In this document: positions 1-9,700 of the stretch, piece by piece
How positions within the stretch are numbered: position 1 is the first letter of the stretch
Layout of the letters: each line of letters starts with the position of its first letter
IMG/VR virus record: IMGVR_UViG_3300006919_000046
From: an uncultured virus (IMG/VR IMGVR_UViG_3300006919_000046)
Lineage: Duplodnaviria > Heunggongvirae > Uroviricota > Caudoviricetes
Length of the DNA: 20,000 nucleotides
Direction: 5' to 3' (one strand)
The notes under the pieces: model-generated
Database searches by the model: none
The model's input: only the letters and a program-made list of their open reading frames with translations
Told to the model about the DNA's origin: nothing
Made by a program: the position numbers and the translations under genes

Positions 1-2
1 CA

Positions 3-596
3 AAGGAAAAAATTCCAAATAATGTGAGTATTTTTGGCAGATCTTCAAATTCTTTAGCTTTAATTAAAGAAGTTTTAGAATATGAAACAAGATACAATAT
101 AGATTCTTCATCCATTATTGTTCAGGGGTGGAAAGATACTATAGGTTTTCTTAATGATAATATTCAGAGAATACAAGATAGTGATTATTATCAACTTTTT
201 TCATATTCATTAAAATCCGAAATTGAATTTAAAGAGTGGAATAGTATCGTAAGTAATTTGAATCATACTTTGGGATATAAAAGATTTGGTGATTTGATTG
301 TTGAAAAAACAGTTACTGCAGAAATTGATTCAAATCAGAATAATGGTGCGGTCATTGCGACGTGTGATTTAACTAATATAACTAATATTGATGCAGTTTA
401 TGATTACGATTTAGCGTCTGAAAATGGGGTTTTAATTGAAGAAAATCTAACAAGTGATGAAATAACATTCAATTCAGTATTCTTACAAGATTATGCAGAA
501 TCAATAGGAAATAGGGTATTGCTGATTGATGATATAAGTTCACAATTTAGTACATCAACGACATCAAAAACAACAGTAACTACATTTAGTATTTAA
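3..596 (+). CDS. gp7: Baseplate wedge initiator, gp7-like (5'-truncated; 3' end of a larger ORF)
   Basis: The frame is open from base 3 (KEKIPNNVSIFG...), so the GTG at 24 is probably not the true start. It contains GFLNDNIQRIQDSDYYQLFSYSLKS...W...V..LNHTLGYKRFGD, which I recognise as the QDSxYYQxFSY/HPxG motif of T4-like gp7 proteins. It lies two genes upstream of gp8. Confidence 0.75.
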   Translation, partial: KEKIPNNVSIFGRSSNSLALIKEVLEYETRYNIDSSSIIVQGWKDTIGFLNDNIQRIQDSDYYQLFSYSLKSEIEFKEWNSIVSNLNHTLGYKRFGDLIVEKTVTAEIDSNQNNGAVIATCDLTNITNIDAVYDYDLASENGVLIEENLTSDEITFNSVFLQDYAESIGNRVLLIDDISSQFSTSTTSKTTVTTFSI

Positions 597-597
597 A

Positions 598-3500
598 ATG
601 GCAAAAGTAAGATCAAGTAGGGTATATTTAAATGTAAAGGATACTGAAAATCCTGATAGAAGACAATCCTCTATTATTAGTTTTGTGACTGATGGTAATG
701 AGATTTTTACAAATGAATATGGAAAATTATTTACTTTAGACGAGATTGGCAGTTTCAATCTAGAAAGATCTGAATTTGACGATCAAGCATCACTACAAGT
801 TACTTTTGCACCAATTGATGGTAGGAATAATCTTTATAATTTTAGTTTTTTGATATATGACACAAAAAAAGATGAATTTATTCCAGATTCATATTTTTTT
901 GGAAATACTGTAAAACTTGATACTGCATATACACAAATTTCTGCTGGAATAGGAACAACTACTATTGTTAAAATAGATTCTACCGAATACACTTCAGGAA
1001 AGTTATCATTTTCGTTATCATCTTTAGATGATTTAAACTATGAACATAATGAAATAAACTTTGCTCATGATGGTTCAAATATTAGTAGTTCTAATTTTGG
1101 AAGAATTACAATATCCAATAATTCTTCAATAGAAACTTCTGGAATAGGAACTTATGGTTTAGTTTTTAATGGGACGGATATTGATGTATTATTTTATCCG
1201 AGATTAAATACAGACTTTAACTGTAGTTCTATTTCAGTTTCTGTAGCAAATACCACGAAAACAATAGTAACTCAAAAACTTTTATCTGGCGGACTATTAG
1301 AGTCTGTGAATGTTTCAATAGCATCATCAATAGATCCATCTGCTAGTGTAATTGCAGATTATACCTCAGACTATAATTTTGGTTATTTTGTAGTGCAAAT
1401 AACCGACACAACAAATAATAGTGTTCAACTTTCAGAAATTGTAGTATTAAATAATGATGCTGATTCTAGAATAATTGAATATGGAGTTGTTGCAACTAAC
1501 AATATATTAGGAACTTTTACCTCAAATAGTGCAGCGATAACGGAACTCATTTTTACACCAAATCCAGATATTGATGTTGAAATAACTCTTTTACAGCATT
1601 CGATAACGAATTTAAATTTAGGAGATATTGATTCTCTAATTGATTTAAATGTTGGAGCAGTAATTTCAGGCGTTACTCAATTAATTAGCGGAAAAGATTT
1701 TGCAAAAGAATTTAATTTAACTTCCAAAAAAATTCCAATTTTTCAGAGAAGATTTAATGCAGAACTGCAATCTTCAGCAACAAATCCCGCGAGTGTTGAT
1801 CTCGAAAGGAATTTAATTTACTTACCAGGTCATTATTTTGTTTCTGGAGAAAGAGTTGAATATGAACCAGATCCATTACAATACGTAGATATTCTTACAG
1901 CAAATACAACAGCACAAGTAGACTTGGGAGACACTAATGTTGAAGTAGATAATACTACAGGTCTGCAAGTTGGAGATTATATTTTTAATGGTGGAAAGTA
2001 TATATCTCTAAGTCAAGTTGGAGTAAGTTCAGTTTCTATTTCCAGTACAATAACACAACAAATTCTTTCTGGAGTAGCAATTACATTTTCCAGATTATTT
2101 GATACCGAAGAGGTATCAACTATTAGTGCCATTCCTATAGAAAATACATTTATTTCTGGAGTTGGGGTAACTGATAAACTTAGTGGAAACTTATATGTAT
2201 ATAAACAAGATGATAGATTTATTGGATTTACAACTTCCCCAGCGGATGCACTGTTAAATCCACCAAAATTAATTCAGTTTACTGGACTTGGTGTGGGAAT
2301 AAATCATTTTATCACTTCAACAAATCAAAATTCCAAATCCTTAATATTAATTGATAATATTGCTCAAGCACCTATAGTTGCAACATCAGTAACTTCATCT
2401 TTAGCATCAAATTTAAATCTATCTTCAAATATTTTATCTTTTACCGGAATAACATCATTTTTTAGTGGAGATTTGATTGAAATAGAAGATGAAATAATGA
2501 AAATTATTGCAGTTGGTGTCGGCAATTCTGTGGAAGTTTCAAGACCAATTTTGGGTTCATCATTAAAAGAACACTCTCAAAATACTTTAATAACTAAACT
2601 AAAAGGCAATTATAAAATTAAAAAAAATATCCTTTATTTTGATGAAGCTCCTTATGGTCCAATAGTTGATGGTGTCAATGGTGACATTAATGTTAGATCA
2701 TCTTTTCAGGGAAGAGTATTTTTAAGATCAGCAGATGTTAGTTCTGGAGAAAGTGCATATAATAGAAATTATGTATTTGATGATATAAGCGATCAATTTG
2801 ACGCATCTACAAAATCATTTACCGTAAAATCTGACAAGCAAGATATTGTAGGATTTTCAGAATTAAATTCTATAGTATTAATAAACAATATTATTCAAAT
2901 ACCAACAGATAATTTTAATTTAACAGAAAATTTATCCCAAACTCAATTAAACTTCACTGGAACTGGAACTTCAATCAAATATGATGTCAATAATGCATCA
3001 ATACCTAGAAGGGGTATAATAGTTGCTACAGCATCTAGTAATGGATTTGGATATCAACCATTGGTTTCTGCTGGAGGAACCGCAGTAGTTTCTATTGCGG
3101 GTACAATTCAATCTATAAGTATTGGAAATAGTGGTTCTGGATACAGAAGCGGAATTCAAACATCGGTCAATGTCAAAGTTCAATCTTATAGTAATGGGAA
3201 GTTAAATACAGAGTTTGTTGGTGTTGCTTCAATATCAGATGGTAATGTTGTTGGCGTCAATATAACAAATCCAGGATCTGGATATACATCAACAAATCCA
3301 CCAGAGGTAATTTTTGATTCTCCATTTTCATACTCAGATTTAAGATTAAAAGTCAATTCTGGAATTGGTACAGAAGCATCTATTGATATTGTTGTTGGTC
3401 AGGGTTCTAGTGTAATAGATTTTACCATAAAAAACTTTGGTTATTCTTATAATATTGGAGATGTTTTAACCTTAGATGTAGGAGGAACTACAGGAATACC

Positions 3501-5115
3501 AACCAATACAGCATTACCATATAGAGAATTTAAGTTGGTAGTGGAAAGAGTTTTTTCCGACGATTTTAGTGGATGGTCATTAGGAGAACTAGAAACTCTC
3601 GATGAGTTAGACGAATTATTTGATGGTAATAAAACTACTTTCCCAATTTCTAGAGGGGGAAACAGATTTGCAATAATTAAAGAAAAAGGTGGAAATATTG
3701 AATTAAATACAGTATTATTAGTTTTTATTAATGATGTCCTTCAGGAACCCGATGTCGCTTACAAATTTAATGGAGGAAGTACAATTACTTTCACTGAAGC
3801 ACCAAAAAATGGCGATAAAGGAAGAATAATATTTTATAAAGGAACTCCAAATATAGATGTTATTGATGTTGATTTGTTGGAAACGATAAAAACGGGTGAT
3901 AAGGTTGAATTGGTTGGAGATAAATTTAATCTTATTGAGCAGAAGAGATTGGTAACTGACATATTATTACCGGATGTTTTAGAAACAAATCCATATTCTG
4001 GAAAAGGAATCACTGAAGATTCTAATTTATTCCGACCATTAAATTGGTATAGGCAAAGAAATGATTTGATAATAGATAAAAAAGAAGTTAACAAGAGTAG
4101 GGTTAGATATGAATCATATGTAAATCCAACAGCAAAATTAATCCAATCTGTAGGAATAGGTTCTACACAAATATTTGTAGATTCAGTTAAAACTATTTTT
4201 GACCCACAGCAGGAAAATATAAGTCCAACATCTCCAGAAATTTTAAAAACAATTCAAATCATTGATAATAGCGAATTAGTTTCTGCAGCAGCCACTGCAA
4301 TAGTTTCTGCAGCAGGGACTATACAATCTATAGTCATATCCAACGGTGGAGTTGGATATACTACAAGTTTATTAAAACCAGAAATATCTGCTTCTATACA
4401 ATATCCAATAGGAATAGGAAAAAGTGGTGTTGCTACTTTAAAAACAAATCTGGTTGGAGGATCAATATCATCAATTGATGTAATTTCTCCGGGTTTTGGA
4501 TACACTCAAACAAATCCACCACTAGTTTTGATAGAAGAAAGAAGTGCAAAAGTCAATGAAATTAAAAATGTTTCGTACTTGGGCGATTTTGGAATCATAA
4601 CGGGAATAGCAACAACAAGTGTCGGATTGGCTTCTACAGGATTAGTGTTTGATTTCTTTATACCAAATGATTCATATTTAAGAAATATTAATGTAAATAA
4701 CCCAACAACTAATACAAGTAATATATCAGAAAACTATTATTTCAAATTATCAAACTCAAAAGTTGGTAGTGGATTGACGAGTTTGAGAAGTGATGGAAGT
4801 ATTATTGGAATCGGAACAGAAAATATTGATAACATATATCAAGCAATTTCTGTGTCTGCAGCTACAACAGAGGTCTATGGGGGAGGAACTGAAGATGTAA
4901 TCAAAGTTACTGTTAGTGTTTCCGATTATAATCAAATAGATTCTTCAATTGGATATGGAACGTATTTTGGAGATTTTAGTTGGGGATTGATTGAAATACC
5001 TACAATAGATAATGAATATTCTGTATCTCCAGAATATGGAGTTGTTGGATTGAATACAACACCAACAATAAGAAGAGTAAATAGACTCAGATTCGCTAAT
5101 TATGATAATATTTGA
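598..5115 (+). CDS. Large repeat-rich baseplate/virion structural protein (1505 aa), probably the C-terminal part of a cyanophage-type giant gp7
   Basis: Long ORF directly upstream of gp8 with Gly/Ser/Thr/Ile beta-rich composition. It carries recurring IxIxNxGxGYT..PxV, DDISxQF and VFINDVLQEP..AY..ITFTEAP motifs typical of cyanomyovirus baseplate proteins. It starts 1 nt after the ORF1 stop. Confidence 0.75.
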   Translation: MAKVRSSRVYLNVKDTENPDRRQSSIISFVTDGNEIFTNEYGKLFTLDEIGSFNLERSEFDDQASLQVTFAPIDGRNNLYNFSFLIYDTKKDEFIPDSYFFGNTVKLDTAYTQISAGIGTTTIVKIDSTEYTSGKLSFSLSSLDDLNYEHNEINFAHDGSNISSSNFGRITISNNSSIETSGIGTYGLVFNGTDIDVLFYPRLNTDFNCSSISVSVANTTKTIVTQKLLSGGLLESVNVSIASSIDPSASVIADYTSDYNFGYFVVQITDTTNNSVQLSEIVVLNNDADSRIIEYGVVATNNILGTFTSNSAAITELIFTPNPDIDVEITLLQHSITNLNLGDIDSLIDLNVGAVISGVTQLISGKDFAKEFNLTSKKIPIFQRRFNAELQSSATNPASVDLERNLIYLPGHYFVSGERVEYEPDPLQYVDILTANTTAQVDLGDTNVEVDNTTGLQVGDYIFNGGKYISLSQVGVSSVSISSTITQQILSGVAITFSRLFDTEEVSTISAIPIENTFISGVGVTDKLSGNLYVYKQDDRFIGFTTSPADALLNPPKLIQFTGLGVGINHFITSTNQNSKSLILIDNIAQAPIVATSVTSSLASNLNLSSNILSFTGITSFFSGDLIEIEDEIMKIIAVGVGNSVEVSRPILGSSLKEHSQNTLITKLKGNYKIKKNILYFDEAPYGPIVDGVNGDINVRSSFQGRVFLRSADVSSGESAYNRNYVFDDISDQFDASTKSFTVKSDKQDIVGFSELNSIVLINNIIQIPTDNFNLTENLSQTQLNFTGTGTSIKYDVNNASIPRRGIIVATASSNGFGYQPLVSAGGTAVVSIAGTIQSISIGNSGSGYRSGIQTSVNVKVQSYSNGKLNTEFVGVASISDGNVVGVNITNPGSGYTSTNPPEVIFDSPFSYSDLRLKVNSGIGTEASIDIVVGQGSSVIDFTIKNFGYSYNIGDVLTLDVGGTTGIPTNTALPYREFKLVVERVFSDDFSGWSLGELETLDELDELFDGNKTTFPISRGGNRFAIIKEKGGNIELNTVLLVFINDVLQEPDVAYKFNGGSTITFTEAPKNGDKGRIIFYKGTPNIDVIDVDLLETIKTGDKVELVGDKFNLIEQKRLVTDILLPDVLETNPYSGKGITEDSNLFRPLNWYRQRNDLIIDKKEVNKSRVRYESYVNPTAKLIQSVGIGSTQIFVDSVKTIFDPQQENISPTSPEILKTIQIIDNSELVSAAATAIVSAAGTIQSIVISNGGVGYTTSLLKPEISASIQYPIGIGKSGVATLKTNLVGGSISSIDVISPGFGYTQTNPPLVLIEERSAKVNEIKNVSYLGDFGIITGIATTSVGLASTGLVFDFFIPNDSYLRNINVNNPTTNTSNISENYYFKLSNSKVGSGLTSLRSDGSIIGIGTENIDNIYQAISVSAATTEVYGGGTEDVIKVTVSVSDYNQIDSSIGYGTYFGDFSWGLIEIPTIDNEYSVSPEYGVVGLNTTPTIRRVNRLRFANYDNI
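3064..3144 (+). repeat. Coding repeat copy 1: VSAGGTAVVSIAGTIQSISIGNSGSGY
   Basis: Similar at both protein and DNA level to 4279-4359 and 16384-16464. Confidence 0.8.
4279..4359 (+). repeat. Coding repeat copy 2: VSAAATAIVSAAGTIQSIVISNGGVGY
   Basis: DNA gtttctgcagcagccactgcaatagtttctgcagcagggactatacaatct, visibly similar to the copy in g14. Confidence 0.8.
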
Positions 5116-5135
5116 TTTTATTTACATTTATATTA

Positions 5136-5143
5136 AATAAATA
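5136..5143 (+). promoter_or_regulatory. T4-like late promoter (AATAAATA) upstream of g8
   Basis: Matches the gp55-dependent late consensus TATAAATA (NATAAATA in cyanophages). It sits in the 48-nt intergenic gap, 20 nt before the ATG at 5164. Confidence 0.7.
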
Positions 5144-5163
5144 TAGAAAAAAGTAATAAATCA

Positions 5164-6708
5164 ATGTCTGCGATTATAACAGATCAATTTAGAATTCTGA
5201 ATGCTGATAACTTCATAACATCGGTTGCTTCTACAGCAAATTGTTACTATGCCTTTGTTGGGTTGACAAACTCAACAGATTATGATTCCGATTGGGAAAC
5301 ATCACCAAGATCTCCGATAGATTCTTTTGACAATTACAATGATATTTGGGACACGGTTGTCGCTTTAAAAAGATTAAATTCTCAAGATGTGCGAAAAGTT
5401 GTAAAAAAGAATACTTGGACAAGTGGAAATACTTATGATATGTATAGGCAGGATGTGAGTAGAAATAAATTATCAATTCCTTCAGAAAGGACAAGTTTAT
5501 ATGAATCAAACTTTTATGTTGTGAATAGTGACTTTAGAGTTTACATTTGTCTTTCCAATGGAACAGACCCAGATAATCTCAACGGAAACCCATCTTTGGA
5601 TGAACCAACATTTACAGATTTAGAACCAAAAGCAGCTGGTGTAAGTGGTGATGGTTATATTTGGAAGTATCTTTACACATTAAAACCATCAGATATTGTA
5701 AAATTTGATTCTATCGATTATATTTTTACTCCCCAAAACTGGGCGACAAGCATCGAAAATGCTGCAGTAAGAGAAAATGCAAATCCGGATGTGAGTGGTC
5801 AATTAAAAGTTGCTCTAATAAAAAATAGAGGAACTAATTTAGGAGTTGCACCAAAAACTTATGAAAATGTAAAAATTATAGGAGATGGTTTTGGAGCAAC
5901 TGCAACAATAGTTGTGGGTAATGATGCTACAGTAGATAGTATTGACATTACATCAGGTGGAAGTGGATATACTTTCGCAAAGATTGATTTAGAATCTGCT
6001 AGTATAAGTGGAGATATTTTACCAACATTTGATGTAATAGTTCCACCTTTAGAGGGACATGGTTTTGATATTTACCGCGATCTTGGAGCAAAAAACGTAC
6101 TAATTTATTCCAGAATTGAGAATGATAATTTAAATCCAGATTTTGTTGTTGGAAATAAAATTGCTAGAGTTGGAATTGTAAAAAATCCTTTACAATTTGG
6201 CACTTCTTCATTATTGAGTGAAGAAAAGGTGAGCAATACATATGCACTAAAACTTCAAGGAAATATTTCAAATGCAAATTATCCATTTAACAGTATCATA
6301 ACTCAACAAATTGGAGTTGGGAAAACTGCTGTTGGTAGAGTTGTTTCTTATGACAATAGAACTGGTGTATTAAAATATTGGCAAGATAGAAGTTTGGTTG
6401 GATTTACTACAGGCACTAGCGATTTGTCTTCCACAGAACCATCATATGGATATGAACAGTATAGATTCTCCTCCTCAGGCGGAAATATTGATGGAACTAT
6501 TAGTAGTTTACCAATTCAAATAGAATTTAGTGGGTTGACTACTTCTATAGATAGTAAGACATATAATCTTGGACAATTGTTTGAAAACGGGGTTTCGAAT
6601 CCTGAAGTTAAAAAATACTCTGGAGACATGATCTACATCGATAATAGACCATCTATTACTAGATCAATAAACCAAAAAGAAGATATCAAAGTTATTTTTC
6701 AATTCTAA
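5164..6708 (+). CDS. gp8: Baseplate wedge subunit gp8
   Basis: N-terminus MSAIITDQFRILNADNF, motifs WTSGNTYDMY, FYVVNSDFRVYICLSNG and GDGYIWKYLYT, and C-terminus YIDNRPSITRSINQKEDIKVIFQF are characteristic of cyanophage gp8. Synteny agrees. Confidence 0.93.
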   Translation: MSAIITDQFRILNADNFITSVASTANCYYAFVGLTNSTDYDSDWETSPRSPIDSFDNYNDIWDTVVALKRLNSQDVRKVVKKNTWTSGNTYDMYRQDVSRNKLSIPSERTSLYESNFYVVNSDFRVYICLSNGTDPDNLNGNPSLDEPTFTDLEPKAAGVSGDGYIWKYLYTLKPSDIVKFDSIDYIFTPQNWATSIENAAVRENANPDVSGQLKVALIKNRGTNLGVAPKTYENVKIIGDGFGATATIVVGNDATVDSIDITSGGSGYTFAKIDLESASISGDILPTFDVIVPPLEGHGFDIYRDLGAKNVLIYSRIENDNLNPDFVVGNKIARVGIVKNPLQFGTSSLLSEEKVSNTYALKLQGNISNANYPFNSIITQQIGVGKTAVGRVVSYDNRTGVLKYWQDRSLVGFTTGTSDLSSTEPSYGYEQYRFSSSGGNIDGTISSLPIQIEFSGLTTSIDSKTYNLGQLFENGVSNPEVKKYSGDMIYIDNRPSITRSINQKEDIKVIFQF

Positions 6709-6717
6709 TTAAAAATC

Positions 6718-9700
6718 ATGCCACAAGAAACTAACCTCAACGTATCCCCTTATTTTGACGACTTTGATAAAGAAAAGGATTACTATAAGGTATTATTTAA
6801 ACCAGGATACCCAATTCAAGCTAGAGAATTAAATAATTTGCAATCAATTTTGCAAAATCAAATTGAACAGTTTGGAACAAATATATTTAAGGAGGGTTCT
6901 AAGGTAGTTCCAGGACAACTTACCTATCTTAGTAATTTTTATGCTGTAGAAATTGAATCAGATTTTTCTGGAATACCAGTTTCTTTGTATTTAAATAACT
7001 TAGTGGGAAAAATAATTTCAGGAAGAACTTCTGGAATAAAAGCCAAGGTAGAAAAGGTATTGAAAGCGGAAGAATCTGATAGAGGAAGAATAACATTATA
7101 TGTAAGTTACTTAGAATCTTCATCGGAAAATTTAGAAGGTAGAGAATTTTTAGATAATGAAGTTTTATTGGCAGAAACTCCTATATCATTTGGAAATAGT
7201 TTTATTTCGTCAAATGAAGGATTTGCAAACACAATTTTGAACAATTCCACCTCAACAGGTTCTGCATTTTGCTTATCTAATGGAATTTATTTTTTAAGAG
7301 GAAATTTTGTACAGGTAAAGGATGAAATTTTAATTCTAGATCAATATGATAATAAACCAAGTTATAGAGTTGGTTTATTTGTCGATGAGCAATTGGTTAA
7401 TTCGGACGATGATTCCTCTTTAAATGATAACTCTCAAGGATTTAGCAATTTTTCTGCTCCCGGTGCAGACAGATTAAAAATAGAAACAAAATTATTTAAA
7501 AAGTCTCTTGACGATTTTGATGATACGAATTTTGTTCAGTTAGCTACTGTACAAAATGGGGTTTTAAGAGAAGTAAATACTGGAACCGATTATAATATTT
7601 TAGCTGACGAACTGGCAAGAAGAACTTTTGATGAATCGGGACATTATTATGTCAAAGCATTTAATACATTTTGTAAAGACAGTTTGGATGATGGAAATGG
7701 AAATGGTGGAATATTTGAAGATGGTCAAATAACTTACGGTGGTTCGGTTCCAAGTGAATCCTTAGCAACTTATAAAATAAGTGCAGGAAAGGCATATGTA
7801 AAAGGATATGAAGTTTCATTAGAAGGTCCCACATTTTTGGATGCACAAAAACCGAGAACAACAAAAACTTTAAAGGAACAATCAGTAAATTTTGGATATT
7901 CTCCAACGTTTTTTGTCAACAATCTTACGGGAACTCCTCTTATCGAATTTAATACCTCCAGCGTATTAAGTTTAAGAGACCAAAAAGTTGGAATAGATTC
8001 TGGTTCTGAATCTGGAATTGAAATTGGATCTGCCAGAGTTTATGATTTTTATCTAGATGAAGGAGGATACACTGGAAACCTGAAGAATAACAAATGGGGA
8101 TTATCATTATTTGATGTTCAAATTTTTTCGACATTAAATCTTACTGAACCAGTAACTTTAACAACACCAATATACATTAAAGGTAAGTCTACTGGTGCTA
8201 CTGCTTTTTTAAAAAGTTCAGTATCTTCTGCTAGTACAATTACAATATATCAAATAAACGGAAATTTTTCAGAGAAAGAAGTAATTGAATTTTCAAATGC
8301 TGATCAGGATAATAATGTAAGATTTATTGAAACAATTAGAAACTATGAGACCTCAGACGTAAAATCAGTATTTTCAACTGCGGCCGCAGGTGCCGGAGTA
8401 ACATTTTCTGCTGATGTTGTACAAAATGCAAACTTAAGATTTGGTCAAGCACAAATAACAGAAGGTTTATCAGGAATATCGACAGTTACCGTTGAGGGTT
8501 TCGATATTACTAAACAATTGAATGTTGGTAATATTATTAGATGCACTCAACCAGGAATTAGCACATTCTCATTCTCTAGAGTAACTTCAATTAATGAAGA
8601 TGAAAATAGGTTTACGATCGAGTCTGTAGAAGATGTTGGAAATGTCGTATATGGAAAATTGCCTACAACCACTATTAACGTAAATAATTTGGTTAGATGT
8701 GGTTCTAATATATCTCCAATAGCAGAAAGTGGGAATAGTGCTTCAAATAGAACACTCTACAGCACACTGGCAAAGAAAAATGTAGAATCTGTTAATTTAG
8801 ATAACTCTCAATTAACATTGAGAAAACAGTTTACTGGAATAACAATTACAGATGGGTCTACTAATAATATAGATGCCGGAGATAATGAAATATTCTTACC
8901 ATTTGATGAAGAAAGATATACATTAACAAGAAGTGATGGTTCACTTGAAAGATTGAGTTCGGATAAAATAGAGTTTGTATCTGGAAGTGGAAACAAAAGG
9001 ATAAGATTAAACAATCTCGGTTCAAATGATACTAATTGCATTTTAACGGCATCATTAAGAAAAAGTAAGATAAAGTCTAAAGTAAAGAAAAAGAAAATAG
9101 TAGAAAGTATCATTATCAACAAATCATCAAATCCTGCATCAGGCACTGGTGAAGAAAGTTTGAATGATGGATTAACTTTTGGAAACTATCCGTTTGGTAC
9201 TAGAGTTGATGATGATGAGATTTGTTTAAATTATCCCGATGTAAGAACTTTGTATGGAATATTTGAATCAGAATCAACTTCAGACCCAGAAGTTCCATCA
9301 TTAGTCTTAAATTCTCTTAATGGACAAACATCAACGACCAATGATTTAATTATTGGAGAAGTTATAACTGGAAAGACTAGTGGCACAAAAGCTCTTTATG
9401 TGGAAAGAAAAAATGATACTGAAGTAGGTTTCATATACCAAAAAGACACAGAATTTATTGAAGGTGAATTAGTTTCATTTTCAAAATCAAATGTGATTGG
9501 TTCAATCTCATCAATCAAGGTTGGTAGTAAGAATATAATAGATAATTATAAACTTAATTCTGGACAAAAACTCACTTATTATGATTACTCAAGAATTATT
9601 AGAAATGAAGATGCACCGAAACCAACAAGAAAACTTAAAGTTTTATTTTCTAGATTTTATTATGATTTATCAGATGTTGCAGATGTAACTACTGCCAATT

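Noticed and set aside
5117..5160. Imperfect hairpin TTTATATT-AAATA-AATATAGA with outer TTAC/GTAA around the g8 late promoter
   Set aside because: It is almost all A-U pairs in very AT-rich DNA, with no GC stem or U-tract. It cannot be distinguished from chance and is not called as a terminator.
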